Assembly: GCA_038057405.1 (NCBI GenBank)
Contig: JBBUDH010000005.1
Span: 1-53,046, forward strand
Reading direction: 5' to 3'
DNA length: 53,046 nucleotides
DNA from: Patescibacteria group bacterium
Lineage (GTDB): Bacteria; Patescibacteriota; Minisyncoccia; Phycocordibacterales; UBA2100
In this document: in pieces, positions 24,726-32,717 of the stretch
Layout: the number at the start of each line of letters is the position of its first letter
How positions within the stretch are numbered: position 1 is the stretch's first letter
Program-made: the position numbers and the translations under genes
The notes under the pieces: model-generated
Told to the model about the DNA's origin: nothing
What the model saw: only the letters and a program-made list of their open reading frames with translations
The model's database searches: none

Positions 24726-24764
24726 CAAAAATGCCACCGTTGCGCGACTTTACGCGCCACGGTG
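24726..24764 (-). terminator. rho-independent terminator after the 368-aa membrane protein gene
   Basis: On the minus strand, CACCGTGGCGCG-TAAAGT-CGCGCAACGGTG (one mismatch) is followed by GCATTTTTGC. Confidence 0.6.
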
Positions 24765-24767
24765 CGG

Positions 24768-25874
24768 CTAGTTCTGTACGTCGGTTTGCGCGACGGGAAC
24801 GTCGACGTCGACGACCGAAAACGATATCCTTCCGATGAGCTGCCCGTATTGCGTGATGACGTTGACGCGCCATTTCCCCTCTACGACGCTTTTATAAAAC
24901 GAGTACCCCCGGTATCCCCCGTCGCGCCCGCCGATAATCGGGTAACGCACCGTCGCCTTCGTGAGCCACTCGCCGACCGGGGCATCATAGTATTGCCATT
25001 CGTGGAGAATGACCGTGGAGATGCCCGACGGCGCAAAGACGGCGCTGTAGGCGTACGCGATGCCGTCCGGCGTGTGGTGGAAGACCACCTCATGCGGCAC
25101 GTAGCCCCAATACCACGGCTGTGATTCGGCGCCGAGGTGGAAGACGCCGTCCTGCGTGCGTTCGACACTGTGATAGATGCCCGCCGCTTTGAGCGCAAGC
25201 GGCAAAGGCGGTATAGCATTTGAAAAGAAAAGGATATTGAAAATGACGAAAATGACGGCAATGATACGCGCGATGCGGGTGCGTTCGCGCTTGAGCAATT
25301 CCGGCATCAGGTATCCGATGAAATGCAAAAAGAGCGCGATGAGCGCAAGGCTCACAAGGCCGCTTGCGACGAACATCCACGGGCCGAGGGAACGGAAGAT
25401 GACGGGCAGAAAGAAAATGAGAAATGAAAAGAGGACGGCGAAGAACATCGACATCTGAAAAGAGAATTTCATGTACTGACGCACGAAACGTTCGTTGCCC
25501 ACGAGAAGCGCCGCAACGATAAGGACAAATATCCAGGAGAGTGGAAAGCTCGCACTGCGGCTGTAGAGCGAGAGGTAGCCCGAGAAGAGACCGCCGAACG
25601 CGAATTGCGCGACCACGGGAATGAGCGGCGTGATTTTGATGACCCACGGGGCACGGATGCGCCCGGTCGTAATCAGATTGAGGACGACAATGCACAGGGC
25701 TGCGAGTACGAGATAGGAAAAGAGGAGCGCGTGGCTTGTCCAGACATCCACGCGCCGCAGCAGAATCAGATTGTCCGCAAAAAATCCGGCGATGAGTGCG
25801 AGAGGCGAAATGTACCGCATGTACCAGGCGGCCAGCTCTTCCATTTCGAAGCTTTTTGGAAGGTATTTTCTCAT
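24768..25874 (-). CDS. polytopic membrane protein with a C-terminal soluble beta-rich domain (possibly DUF2914-type)
   Basis: About 8 TM helices precede a 130-aa C-terminal domain (HEWQYYD...GGYRGYSFY...GKWRVNV). The family assignment is from memory only. Confidence 0.7.
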   Translation of the reverse strand: MRKYLPKSFEMEELAAWYMRYISPLALIAGFFADNLILLRRVDVWTSHALLFSYLVLAALCIVVLNLITTGRIRAPWVIKITPLIPVVAQFAFGGLFSGYLSLYSRSASFPLSWIFVLIVAALLVGNERFVRQYMKFSFQMSMFFAVLFSFLIFFLPVIFRSLGPWMFVASGLVSLALIALFLHFIGYLMPELLKRERTRIARIIAVIFVIFNILFFSNAIPPLPLALKAAGIYHSVERTQDGVFHLGAESQPWYWGYVPHEVVFHHTPDGIAYAYSAVFAPSGISTVILHEWQYYDAPVGEWLTKATVRYPIIGGRDGGYRGYSFYKSVVEGKWRVNVITQYGQLIGRISFSVVDVDVPVAQTDVQN

Positions 25875-26443
25875 TGATTGCCATCATCCTGATAATTCGG
25901 CTGTCTTTCTTCGATGCCCGCGCGGTGGTTCGCGAGGCGCGTGAGCGCGTAGAGGAGCGAAGAGAGCCTGTTGGCGTATGCGCGACTCGATTCGCTGATG
26001 AGGCGCTCGCCCGATTCGTGCAACGTGACAAGACGCCGCTCGGCGCGCCGTGCGACCGCCCGTGCGATGTCGAGCCGCGCGGAGAGCTCGGTGCCTCCCG
26101 GCACGAGGAACGTCTTGATGGGCGGCATCTCCCCTTCAATTCTATTTATCATTACCCCGAGCATCTCAACGCTCGAGAGCGGTACTGATTTCGGTGCACC
26201 TGCAACCTCGGCTTGCAGTGTGAAGAGGTGGTCCTGCACATCGTGCAAAATCATTTTCATGCGGCGTTCCTGCACTAGAAAATCCTCCGGGCAACCCGCC
26301 TTGCACCACCCGACGAGCGTATTGAGTTCGTCGAGCATTCCCAAACATTCAAATATCGGGCTCGATTTGGAAGCACGCTTCCCCGGGCCGGAATCAAAAA
26401 GTTTCGTTGTCCCTCCGTCCCCTTTCCCAGTGAACAAGGCCAT
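25871..26443 (-). CDS. PduO-type ATP:cob(I)alamin adenosyltransferase
   Basis: The N-terminus MALFTGKGDGGTTKLFDS carries the signature T-G-x-GD-x-G-x-T, and the protein has a helical-bundle length. Confidence 0.9.
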   Translation of the reverse strand: MALFTGKGDGGTTKLFDSGPGKRASKSSPIFECLGMLDELNTLVGWCKAGCPEDFLVQERRMKMILHDVQDHLFTLQAEVAGAPKSVPLSSVEMLGVMINRIEGEMPPIKTFLVPGGTELSARLDIARAVARRAERRLVTLHESGERLISESSRAYANRLSSLLYALTRLANHRAGIEERQPNYQDDGNQ

Positions 26444-26505
26444 GGAGTAACTATAGCAAACCGCCCTTCAACATCTGTGCGGGCGAGTGAACGAAGCTAA
26501 AACCT

Positions 26506-27078
26506 CTACTTGTGTAAAGTCTGCAGATCCGCCTCATATTTACGAATAAGGTTCCGTCTCCATTTCTCAGCCTCCCACCAAGTAATACCGAAAACTCCTA
26601 CTGTAAATACGGACTGGAAAAAACCTAAACCATCTAGATCGATAAACCTTACCGGTTGGCTAATAGAAAGAATCTGGGCAAGTAACGAAACCATGAGCAA
26701 AACAAATCCTGTTACCGTGTCGGCCTTTTGACTAGCGAAATTCTTACCAATTTCCAGATTAAACCCCAATCGTGCCCCAGACATTTTTGCCATTTCCGCC
26801 GGAGAAAATTTCATAACTCCTCTTATCATAAAAAATGAGGAGAGACCTGTGACGAGCAAAATGTAGAGCTGAAACATGGGTTGGGTGAGTAATCCGAACA
26901 GCAAACTAACAAACTGACCAAAGCCCATAACATCACCGACGGCTTGGTAGCGAAATATTTTATGAGCCCCGTAAAACCCCGCGGCAGCTACAATCAGTAC
27001 AAAAGGAAGCCAATATCGACGGAGAATATCTTTCAAATTAAGCACAGAGGCAGTATATCTCGCTTGGAACCGCCACAA
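26506..27078 (-). CDS. membrane protein (about 190 aa), function unknown, in a patch that looks AT-richer
   Basis: TTG start in the ORF track, so the start is uncertain. Four to five hydrophobic segments. Composition differs from its neighbours by eye. Confidence 0.55.
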   Translation of the reverse strand: MWRFQARYTASVLNLKDILRRYWLPFVLIVAAAGFYGAHKIFRYQAVGDVMGFGQFVSLLFGLLTQPMFQLYILLVTGLSSFFMIRGVMKFSPAEMAKMSGARLGFNLEIGKNFASQKADTVTGFVLLMVSLLAQILSISQPVRFIDLDGLGFFQSVFTVGVFGITWWEAEKWRRNLIRKYEADLQTLHK

Positions 27079-27132
27079 AAGCCGCTAACTAGCGGCTTTC
27101 AACATTCATAACGTTCACAATATTCACTTCTG

Positions 27133-27214
27133 TGCCCGGGACAGGAATCGAACCTGCACGCCTTGCGGCCTTAGCACCTCAAGCTAAGTAGTCTACCAAT
27201 TTCTACACCCGGGC
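27133..27214 (-). tRNA. tRNA-Leu: tRNA-Leu (anticodon GAG), long variable arm
   Basis: Acceptor GCCCGGG/CCCGGGC, anticodon arm TTAGC-TTGAGGT-GCTAA, long variable arm, T-loop GGTTCGATTCC. Confidence 0.9.
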
Positions 27215-27226
27215 ATTATTAAAGCT

Positions 27227-27904
27227 TTACAGCTTCTCCCCCACTGTACTCAATATTCGCTCTACTTTCAATCTTTTTCGAGACAAGCTAATGACACGCC
27301 TCTTGTAGTACATGGCGTGGAGTATTGGCAAAGAATCCTTCTTCGCATACTTAAGCTGATATAAAACTCCTCTGGGAGCTCCGCACGTAATGTGCCCTCT
27401 GGCACCGGTACGTTTATAAACCTCCGCTTGCAACCAATCAATAAATGTTCTGCTAGCTGAGGCAAATATCGTGTAGAACATATAGCTCGAACGCCAACGT
27501 GGATCCCAATAGGAATGCGAGCAACCGTCTCCGTCATACACGCCGCGCAGAAAATCCCAAAAATATTTAGGTGGAATCTTTATTGCGCCAATCGTTTTCG
27601 ATTTCGCGGGTGTCAACCCGATAGATAGAAGGAAGTTGTAAAAAAGAACGCTCCTAAATTGAATGCGCAGGGCTTTTTTCGTCGTCGATGATTTCTTGAC
27701 GGTAATCCGAAAATCAACGCGTACACACCGATTGAAATTCTCAAGCTGCTCGCGATCGACAGAAGTTAAATCAATAAGTGTCGACTTCGAGGCTAGACAG
27801 CCGTCGGTCGCCAGTAACCCAATAGCGTATGCAAGTTCCGCCGACCACGCAGTATTGATTCTTCTTTTCGCATTAAATCCGGGCTTTGGACCTCTCTTCC
27901 CCAT
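27227..27904 (-). CDS. free-standing double-motif LAGLIDADG homing-endonuclease-like protein
   Basis: Two LAGLIDADG motifs are present: LAYAIGLLATDGC and FLRGVYDGDGC. The N-terminus is basic. The stop lies 12 nt upstream of the tRNA-Leu 5' end. Confidence 0.85.
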   Translation of the reverse strand: MGKRGPKPGFNAKRRINTAWSAELAYAIGLLATDGCLASKSTLIDLTSVDREQLENFNRCVRVDFRITVKKSSTTKKALRIQFRSVLFYNFLLSIGLTPAKSKTIGAIKIPPKYFWDFLRGVYDGDGCSHSYWDPRWRSSYMFYTIFASASRTFIDWLQAEVYKRTGARGHITCGAPRGVLYQLKYAKKDSLPILHAMYYKRRVISLSRKRLKVERILSTVGEKL

Positions 27905-27970
27905 CCGCTCATTCTACCATGCCTCAAGGTAATAGCGTCTACCAATTGTTGATAAATAAAAAAACGCCGG

Positions 27971-28420
27971 TTATTCTGCTTTTGCTTCCGTCGCAGTTTC
28001 CGCCTCGGCGACAGCCGGCGCTTCTTCTTTTGCGACAACTTTCGTGACTCCCGATACGTTGACCATCATACGGGTACGGCGCAATTGACGACGTGCCTCG
28101 CGGGCGACTTTGTCGCGGATGAAGTAGAGTTTTGCGCGGCGGACGCGGGAACGCTTCACGAGCTCGATTCTGTCTATCATCGGCGAGTAGATGGGATATA
28201 CCTTCTCAACACCCACGCCGGAGGCAACGCGGCGCACGGTGAAAGTGCCACCCGCTTCTGTGCCGTGTTTGCGTGCGAGTACGAGGCCTTCAAATGCCTG
28301 AAGACGAGTCTTGCCCTTCTCTTCGATTTTCTGCCAGACGCGCACGGTATCTCCCGGCCGGAGGTCGAGATTCTTGCGCGCTTCCATGTCTACAGGTGAG
28401 ACTTTGACTGCGTTTTTCAT
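27971..28420 (-). CDS. rplS: 50S ribosomal protein L19 with an Ala/Glu-rich C-terminal extension
   Basis: LRPGDTVRVWQKIEEKGKTRLQAFEGLVLARKHGTEAGGTFTVRR. Confidence 0.95.
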   Translation of the reverse strand: MKNAVKVSPVDMEARKNLDLRPGDTVRVWQKIEEKGKTRLQAFEGLVLARKHGTEAGGTFTVRRVASGVGVEKVYPIYSPMIDRIELVKRSRVRRAKLYFIRDKVAREARRQLRRTRMMVNVSGVTKVVAKEEAPAVAEAETATEAKAE

Positions 28421-28486
28421 GTCGCGGCACTATACCATCGGTGGCGTCAGAAAACAACTTTTTGTGCACGTATCTCGCGCAGTCCG

Positions 28487-28515
28487 TTGACCACATGCCT
28501 CCGCACAGCTACTCT
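28487..28515 (+). promoter_or_regulatory. candidate promoter for the tRNA-Arg/tRNA-Val pair
   Basis: TTGACC (28487-28492), a 17-nt spacer, then TACTCT (28510-28515), about 20 nt upstream of tRNA-Arg. Confidence 0.35.
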
Positions 28516-28534
28516 GTCCAAGTATCCGAAGACT

Positions 28535-28606
28535 GCCCTCGTAGCATAATGGATAGTGCAGGACTCTTCTAAGGTCTTGATGTAGGTTCGATTCCTACCG
28601 AGGGCA
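28535..28606 (+). tRNA. tRNA-Arg: tRNA-Arg (anticodon TCT)
   Basis: Acceptor GCCCTCG/CGAGGGC, D-stem GCAT/GTGC, anticodon loop CTTCTAA, T-arm GTAGG-TTCGATT-CCTAC. No CCA is encoded. Confidence 0.85.
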
Positions 28607-28622
28607 CCTGCAGGATACGGAA

Positions 28623-28696
28623 GCGCGCTTAGCTCAGTTGGTTAGAGCATCTCATTTACACTGAGAGGGTCGGGGGTTCGAATCCCTCAGCGCGCA
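28623..28696 (+). tRNA. tRNA-Val: tRNA-Val (anticodon TAC)
   Basis: Acceptor GCGCGCT/AGCGCGC, D-arm GCTC-AGTTGGTTA-GAGC, anticodon arm TCTCA-TTTACAC-TGAGA, T-loop GGTTCGAATCC. Confidence 0.9.
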
Positions 28697-28706
28697 CCCA
28701 ATGCAC

Positions 28707-28735
28707 AAAGTGCCCCTTGCGGGCACTTTTGCGTT
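28707..28735 (+). terminator. rho-independent terminator after the tRNA pair
   Basis: AAAGTGCCC-CTTGC-GGGCACTTT followed by TGCGTT. Confidence 0.7.
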
Positions 28736-28776
28736 GGGAGCAGGGATTCGAAGGCCGGAGCGCGTCGGCGCGAGGC

Positions 28777-28834
28777 GGGGTCGCGGGTTTCGCCAACAGG
28801 CAAAAACCTGTGACCGAATCCCTCAGCGCGCACC
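28777..28834 (+). pseudogene. duplicated 3' half of tRNA-Val, interrupted by a 22-nt hairpin insert
   Basis: GGGGTCGCGGGTTTCG, then the insert [CCAACAGGCAAAAACCTGTGAC], then CGAATCCCTCAGCGCGCACC. The last 20 nt (28815-28834) are identical to tRNA-Val positions 28679-28698. Confidence 0.5.
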
Positions 28835-28853
28835 GAAGCGAATTCTAACTGGA

Positions 28854-29186
28854 TTAAATACTCGGATCTTTTACGGTGGCGGAGCGGTTTGCTTTCAGAG
28901 CCTCGAATGCCGCTTTGCGGGCATCGAACGCGGCGACCGTGGCATCGAGCTGCGCGTGATTGAGCGCAGGCGGAGGCGGTGCGGATGTATCGAGCGCCAC
29001 ACTAAGGCCGCTTAGAATGCGCGTGAGATTAAAAAGGCCGTACGTAAACACCGACGCCACGATAACAAACGCGACGAGAAGCATCCCTTTCCAGTACCAG
29101 TCTGCGAGCAGATGAACGCGATGTGGATCACTCCTGTCACCGAATACCTCCCTGACGTTTCTCCACCACGTGCTAAAGAATTTCAT
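28854..29186 (-). CDS. small single-pass membrane protein, last gene of the pilM operon
   Basis: MKFFSTWW..., one TM helix (GMLLVAFVIVASVFTYGLF). The start lies 2 nt after the upstream stop. Confidence 0.55.
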   Translation of the reverse strand: MKFFSTWWRNVREVFGDRSDPHRVHLLADWYWKGMLLVAFVIVASVFTYGLFNLTRILSGLSVALDTSAPPPPALNHAQLDATVAAFDARKAAFEALKANRSATVKDPSI

Positions 29187-29188
29187 AA

Positions 29189-29734
29189 TCAGATCTGTGC
29201 GGTTGTAATGACCCGTATGTGCACATTGAGGTGCCACAGGCCGGATGGGGTACCCGGAGACTTCGGAGCGCGTTCGATATCAAGCCGGGTCACGCTGGAC
29301 GGTATCGGCAAAGATTCAAATAAACGGACGGCATGTAGAAGCTCGGGGAATTTCCCGTCGGCTGTGACGACGAAACCGACTGCCCGCAGCGGAAGAATAT
29401 CGGTTCCTACCTCTCCTTCAGGCTGAGCATCAGAGAGCCGCATCTTCACACCGGCTGCCCTTCCCACACCTTCTATCATGTAGGACGCCGAAACGACATC
29501 TACATTGAGCAGCTCTTTGAGCTTCGCGTTATCGGGAGCCGCGTCAACCACAAGTGCGTGGGTCCTCACAGACTGGGCGTTCTTGACAGCCGTCAGTTGT
29601 GCATCTCTCGCGTCCGCCGCGCGTTTGTTCTCGTCGCTATTTATCGTCCACGCGAAATAGCCTACGATACCCCATGCAAGAAATGCGAGGCCAAGTACGA
29701 GTATCGCTGTTGATGTACGGTAACGCATACGCAT
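29189..29734 (-). CDS. PilO-like type IV pilus assembly protein (bitopic)
   Basis: An N-terminal TM helix, a coiled segment and an alpha/beta domain, positioned after PilN-like and PilM. Assigned from topology and gene order rather than motifs. Confidence 0.5.
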   Translation of the reverse strand: MRMRYRTSTAILVLGLAFLAWGIVGYFAWTINSDENKRAADARDAQLTAVKNAQSVRTHALVVDAAPDNAKLKELLNVDVVSASYMIEGVGRAAGVKMRLSDAQPEGEVGTDILPLRAVGFVVTADGKFPELLHAVRLFESLPIPSSVTRLDIERAPKSPGTPSGLWHLNVHIRVITTAQI

Positions 29735-30252
29735 TAAAAGTCGCCCGAAAGGGACATCGAGAAACGGGCCCCCGGCTCACCCGTGAGGTCACCGACAGGG
29801 ACGAAGACTGTCTTCCACAGGGAATTTGCGGATAGTGCCTGCCGGTACCCGCCTAAGGCTTCTCTGGTCGCAGCGGTACCCGCCAGGATGAGCATGCCGG
29901 GGCTGTCCGCGGAATACGTGATGTGGTCGATCGAAATAGCGGACGGTCGGGCGGAGAGAGCCTGTGTGATGGCCGCAGCCGGGGTCGTGGTGGCGATGAG
30001 CGGTGAGAGTGTCTCCACCATTGCCCGGACAGATGTGAGTGCGGCACGGTCTGTCTCACTGCCTGCACTTTTCGCCGTATTCGAGGGCGCGCTCACCGGC
30101 TCTGCGGCATGAAGCGCAAGATAGCTCGGAAGAAGCGCGAGTGCGCTTAAGCCCGCCGCAGCGAGCGCCACCAGAGATCCCGCGATGACGAAGCGTGCGC
30201 GGTACATCCTCCACGCCGCTTTCTTCGCCTCTTTCGGGAGAACGTTACTCAT
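29734..30252 (-). CDS. PilN-like type IV pilus assembly protein
   Basis: The N-terminus NVLPKEAKKAAWRMYRARF is followed by a TM helix, resembling the PilN NLLP motif. It overlaps the pilM stop by 4 nt. Confidence 0.6.
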   Translation of the reverse strand: MSNVLPKEAKKAAWRMYRARFVIAGSLVALAAAGLSALALLPSYLALHAAEPVSAPSNTAKSAGSETDRAALTSVRAMVETLSPLIATTTPAAAITQALSARPSAISIDHITYSADSPGMLILAGTAATREALGGYRQALSANSLWKTVFVPVGDLTGEPGARFSMSLSGDF

Positions 30253-31406
30253 ACGGAAAATGAGCGCAACGCGAGACCCGCGGCCGTCGCGTATTGCAGA
30301 GAGTCGCGCGAATTGACGGGCGGAATGTACTCGTCGAAATTACAAACGCGCCGCCAGACATCCGCAACGGAGGTCGGCGCCTGCACACGGCCTGCGAGGT
30401 AATCGGGAAGCCCCTTGAGATTCGCGCTGCCGCCAACCAGGACCACGCGCCCGACCGGCGTCATACGCTCACCTTTTTCGTTGCGTCTGGTGTCCCAATA
30501 GTGATAGTGTCGTGCGACTTCATCCGCCAGAGCCGATGCGGTCCCGATGAGAGCCTCCATACCCTCCGGCTTCGCATCCGCGTCCGGGAAAAGCCCTTGC
30601 TCATTCTTGAACTTCTGCGTCTCTTCCGGAGAAAGCGAGAGCTGCTCTGCCACGGTTTTCGTTATACCCTCACCGCCGACCTCGACCGTAGAAGTGAAGA
30701 TGGGAATGCCCAATTTCAATACCGCGAAACCCGTACGCGCGCGGCCGAAATCCACGAGAAGCGTCACCGGCTCGTCGGAAGCCGTAGAAGATATGGTGCG
30801 CGCGATAGAACGCGCTTCCACCTCAAGCGAGAGCAGTTGCATGCCCGCCGCGTCAAAGGCGGCGACATACGCTTCCGCAAGTTCACGGGAGAACACTGCA
30901 ACTCCGATGTCCGCCCCCTCACTCTCATCGTGTCTCTGTATAACGTCAAAATCATACACAGCCGCTCCGGGAGCAATGGGGACCCGGCCTTCAAAGCCAA
31001 ATTCAATCATGCTGATGACCTGGTCGTGTGCGGTGCCGTCCGGCACGTGCATTTCGAACACGTAAGCGGCTTCCTCCGGAAGCGCTGCGTGAGCGCATGC
31101 GACTCCGCCGAGCCGTTTCTTGACCTCGCTTAGCGCATGCGCAAGTCCGTCCACATCATGGACGGTTCCGTTGACCACAATGCCCGGTTCGATGACCATT
31201 TCACCGTACGAGGCGATGCGGTAGCGGCTTTTATACGGCTGGAGCAGAAGCCATTTGATTGACCCGTCGGAGATGTCGATGCCGGCGGCGGGCGGATACA
31301 GCATTGCGGGCGTGGGAAACCACCTTGCGAGCGATCGCGAGAGTTTCTGTGCTCCGCTCCCAACGTAAGAGCTACTCTTGAAGAGCTGCATCACTGAATT
31401 ATACAT
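30249..31406 (-). CDS. pilM: type IV pilus assembly ATPase-fold protein PilM
   Basis: Actin-like fold motifs are present: AGIDISDGSIKWLLL, DFGRARTGFAV, VVLVGGSANLKGLPDYL. Confidence 0.85.
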   Translation of the reverse strand: MYNSVMQLFKSSSYVGSGAQKLSRSLARWFPTPAMLYPPAAGIDISDGSIKWLLLQPYKSRYRIASYGEMVIEPGIVVNGTVHDVDGLAHALSEVKKRLGGVACAHAALPEEAAYVFEMHVPDGTAHDQVISMIEFGFEGRVPIAPGAAVYDFDVIQRHDESEGADIGVAVFSRELAEAYVAAFDAAGMQLLSLEVEARSIARTISSTASDEPVTLLVDFGRARTGFAVLKLGIPIFTSTVEVGGEGITKTVAEQLSLSPEETQKFKNEQGLFPDADAKPEGMEALIGTASALADEVARHYHYWDTRRNEKGERMTPVGRVVLVGGSANLKGLPDYLAGRVQAPTSVADVWRRVCNFDEYIPPVNSRDSLQYATAAGLALRSFSV

Positions 31407-31430
31407 CGCCCGCGGACACGGCGAGCGGAT

Positions 31431-31763
31431 TTACTTCAACTTTGTTCCTTTCGGCACCATGCGTTCCGCACTGATGAGCGCAACGCCGTCCTCATCCGAT
31501 GCGGCGAGCAGCATCCCCTGACTCTCGACGCCGCGAAGTACGCGGGGGGCGAGGTTTACGATGTACGGAAATTGCCGCCCGACTAGTTCTTCGGGCTTTT
31601 TCCATTGTGCAATCCCTGAAACGATAGTGCGCTGACCGAGTTCTTCGCCGAAGTCAACCGTACACTTGATGAGCTTGTCCGTTTCGGGCACGAGTTCGGC
31701 CGCCATGACGGTGCCGATGCGGATATCGAGTTTGGCAAAATCTTCGTATTGGATTTCTGGCAT
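31431..31763 (-). CDS. stand-alone tRNA-binding domain protein (Trbp111/CsaA/MetRS-C-terminal type)
   Basis: FAKLDIRIGTVMAAELVPETDKLIKCTVDFGE...RTIVSGIA...VNLAPRVLRGVESQGMLLAA is the OB-fold tRNA-binding signature. Confidence 0.85.
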   Translation of the reverse strand: MPEIQYEDFAKLDIRIGTVMAAELVPETDKLIKCTVDFGEELGQRTIVSGIAQWKKPEELVGRQFPYIVNLAPRVLRGVESQGMLLAASDEDGVALISAERMVPKGTKLK

Positions 31764-31772
31764 AGCAGTATT

Positions 31773-32162
31773 CTACTTGGTCCCTCGTGTATCTAAAAAT
31801 CGTTGCAGAATGATGGCGGCGGCGGAGGCATCGTTGTGCTCCTTCCCTTCCGGCGCATAGCGTGAGGCTTCTATCGAGCTCCACATTTCCCATACGCGCT
31901 CGACCGTCGTGGCGAGAGCCTTTTCTAGCGCTACAACAAACGCCTCCGCTTCAGCTGTGACGGGGTTATCTTTTCCCCCGTGCGAGCGTGTATCGCCCAC
32001 GACGATACAGGTGATTTTTTCGTTCTTGACGAGTTCCTCAAGCTGCGAGAAGAGTCGCGCGTCATTCTGCAGGGTCGCCCGCGGAAACGCGATGGTGCCT
32101 GCCGCATCGGATACAGCCACCCCGACGCGTTTCGCTCCATAATCAATACCGAGATACTTCAT
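31773..32162 (-). CDS. ruvX: Holliday-junction resolvase-like nuclease RuvX/YqgF
   Basis: MKYLGIDYGAKRVGVAVSDAAGTIAFP. Confidence 0.9.
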   Translation of the reverse strand: MKYLGIDYGAKRVGVAVSDAAGTIAFPRATLQNDARLFSQLEELVKNEKITCIVVGDTRSHGGKDNPVTAEAEAFVVALEKALATTVERVWEMWSSIEASRYAPEGKEHNDASAAAIILQRFLDTRGTK

Positions 32163-32309
32163 ACCCGGTTAGTAGAATGTGCCTTTGCGGCAGACGGCAT
32201 GCCGTTCTGCCGCGGCGTGGTACATGAGCGCTCGACCGTGGCACTTTGGATACGTTTGTTGTTTGTTTTCATAGGTTGTTTAAGCCGAAGGCACATTGAC
32301 ACTACCGGG

Positions 32310-32717
32310 TCATATGAGTTTGGATGTTTTATATGTTTCCGGCCGGAATGCCTGCAACCTCACCACCTTCGCCTTCACACCCGCATCCGTCAAGTCGCGC
32401 TCAAGCCGGTCGACGAATTCCCCCGATTGATCATATCCGAGCGCGATGATATCAGGCTTCGCATCCGCGATGTGTTCGATGTATCCGTCCTCCTGTCCGA
32501 GAATGACTTCGTCGACGAGCGTATTGCGCGAGAGAAGCGCATGTCGCTCCTTTTCAGACCGTCGCGGCTTGGCGCCTTTGATGCGTGTGACTACATGCTC
32601 CCGCGCGACGGAAACGATAAGGTAGGGGTCGGGAGCAAGAGCGCGGGCTTGGCGGAAAAAATCCACATGGCCCTCATGGACCATATCGAAAGTGCCGAAG
32701 ACCATGATGCGCGTCAT
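32310..32717 (-). CDS. cytidylyl/adenylyltransferase-fold protein (RibL/FMN-adenylyltransferase-like or TagD-like)
   Basis: [17 protein letters not shown] carries the (T/H)xGH nucleotidyltransferase motif. 135 aa. The start overlaps the stop of the upstream TrmB-like gene. Confidence 0.7.
   Translation of the reverse strand: MTRIMVFGTFDMVHEGHVDFFRQARALAPDPYLIVSVAREHVVTRIKGAKPRRSEKERHALLSRNTLVDEVILGQEDGYIEHIADAKPDIIALGYDQSGEFVDRLERDLTDAGVKAKVVRLQAFRPETYKTSKLI

Noticed and set aside
25090-26139. 349-aa minus-strand ORF spanning the junction of the membrane protein and the adenosyltransferase genes
   Set aside because: It is an alternative frame of two well-supported same-strand genes, with extreme Arg/Ser/Ala/Pro composition. 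It is not credible as coding.
28698-28815. An intact integrated mobile element between the tRNA-Val direct repeats
   Set aside because: Only about 116 bp separate the repeats, with no ORF and no integrase anywhere in the window. At most this is a remnant, and it is reported as such.
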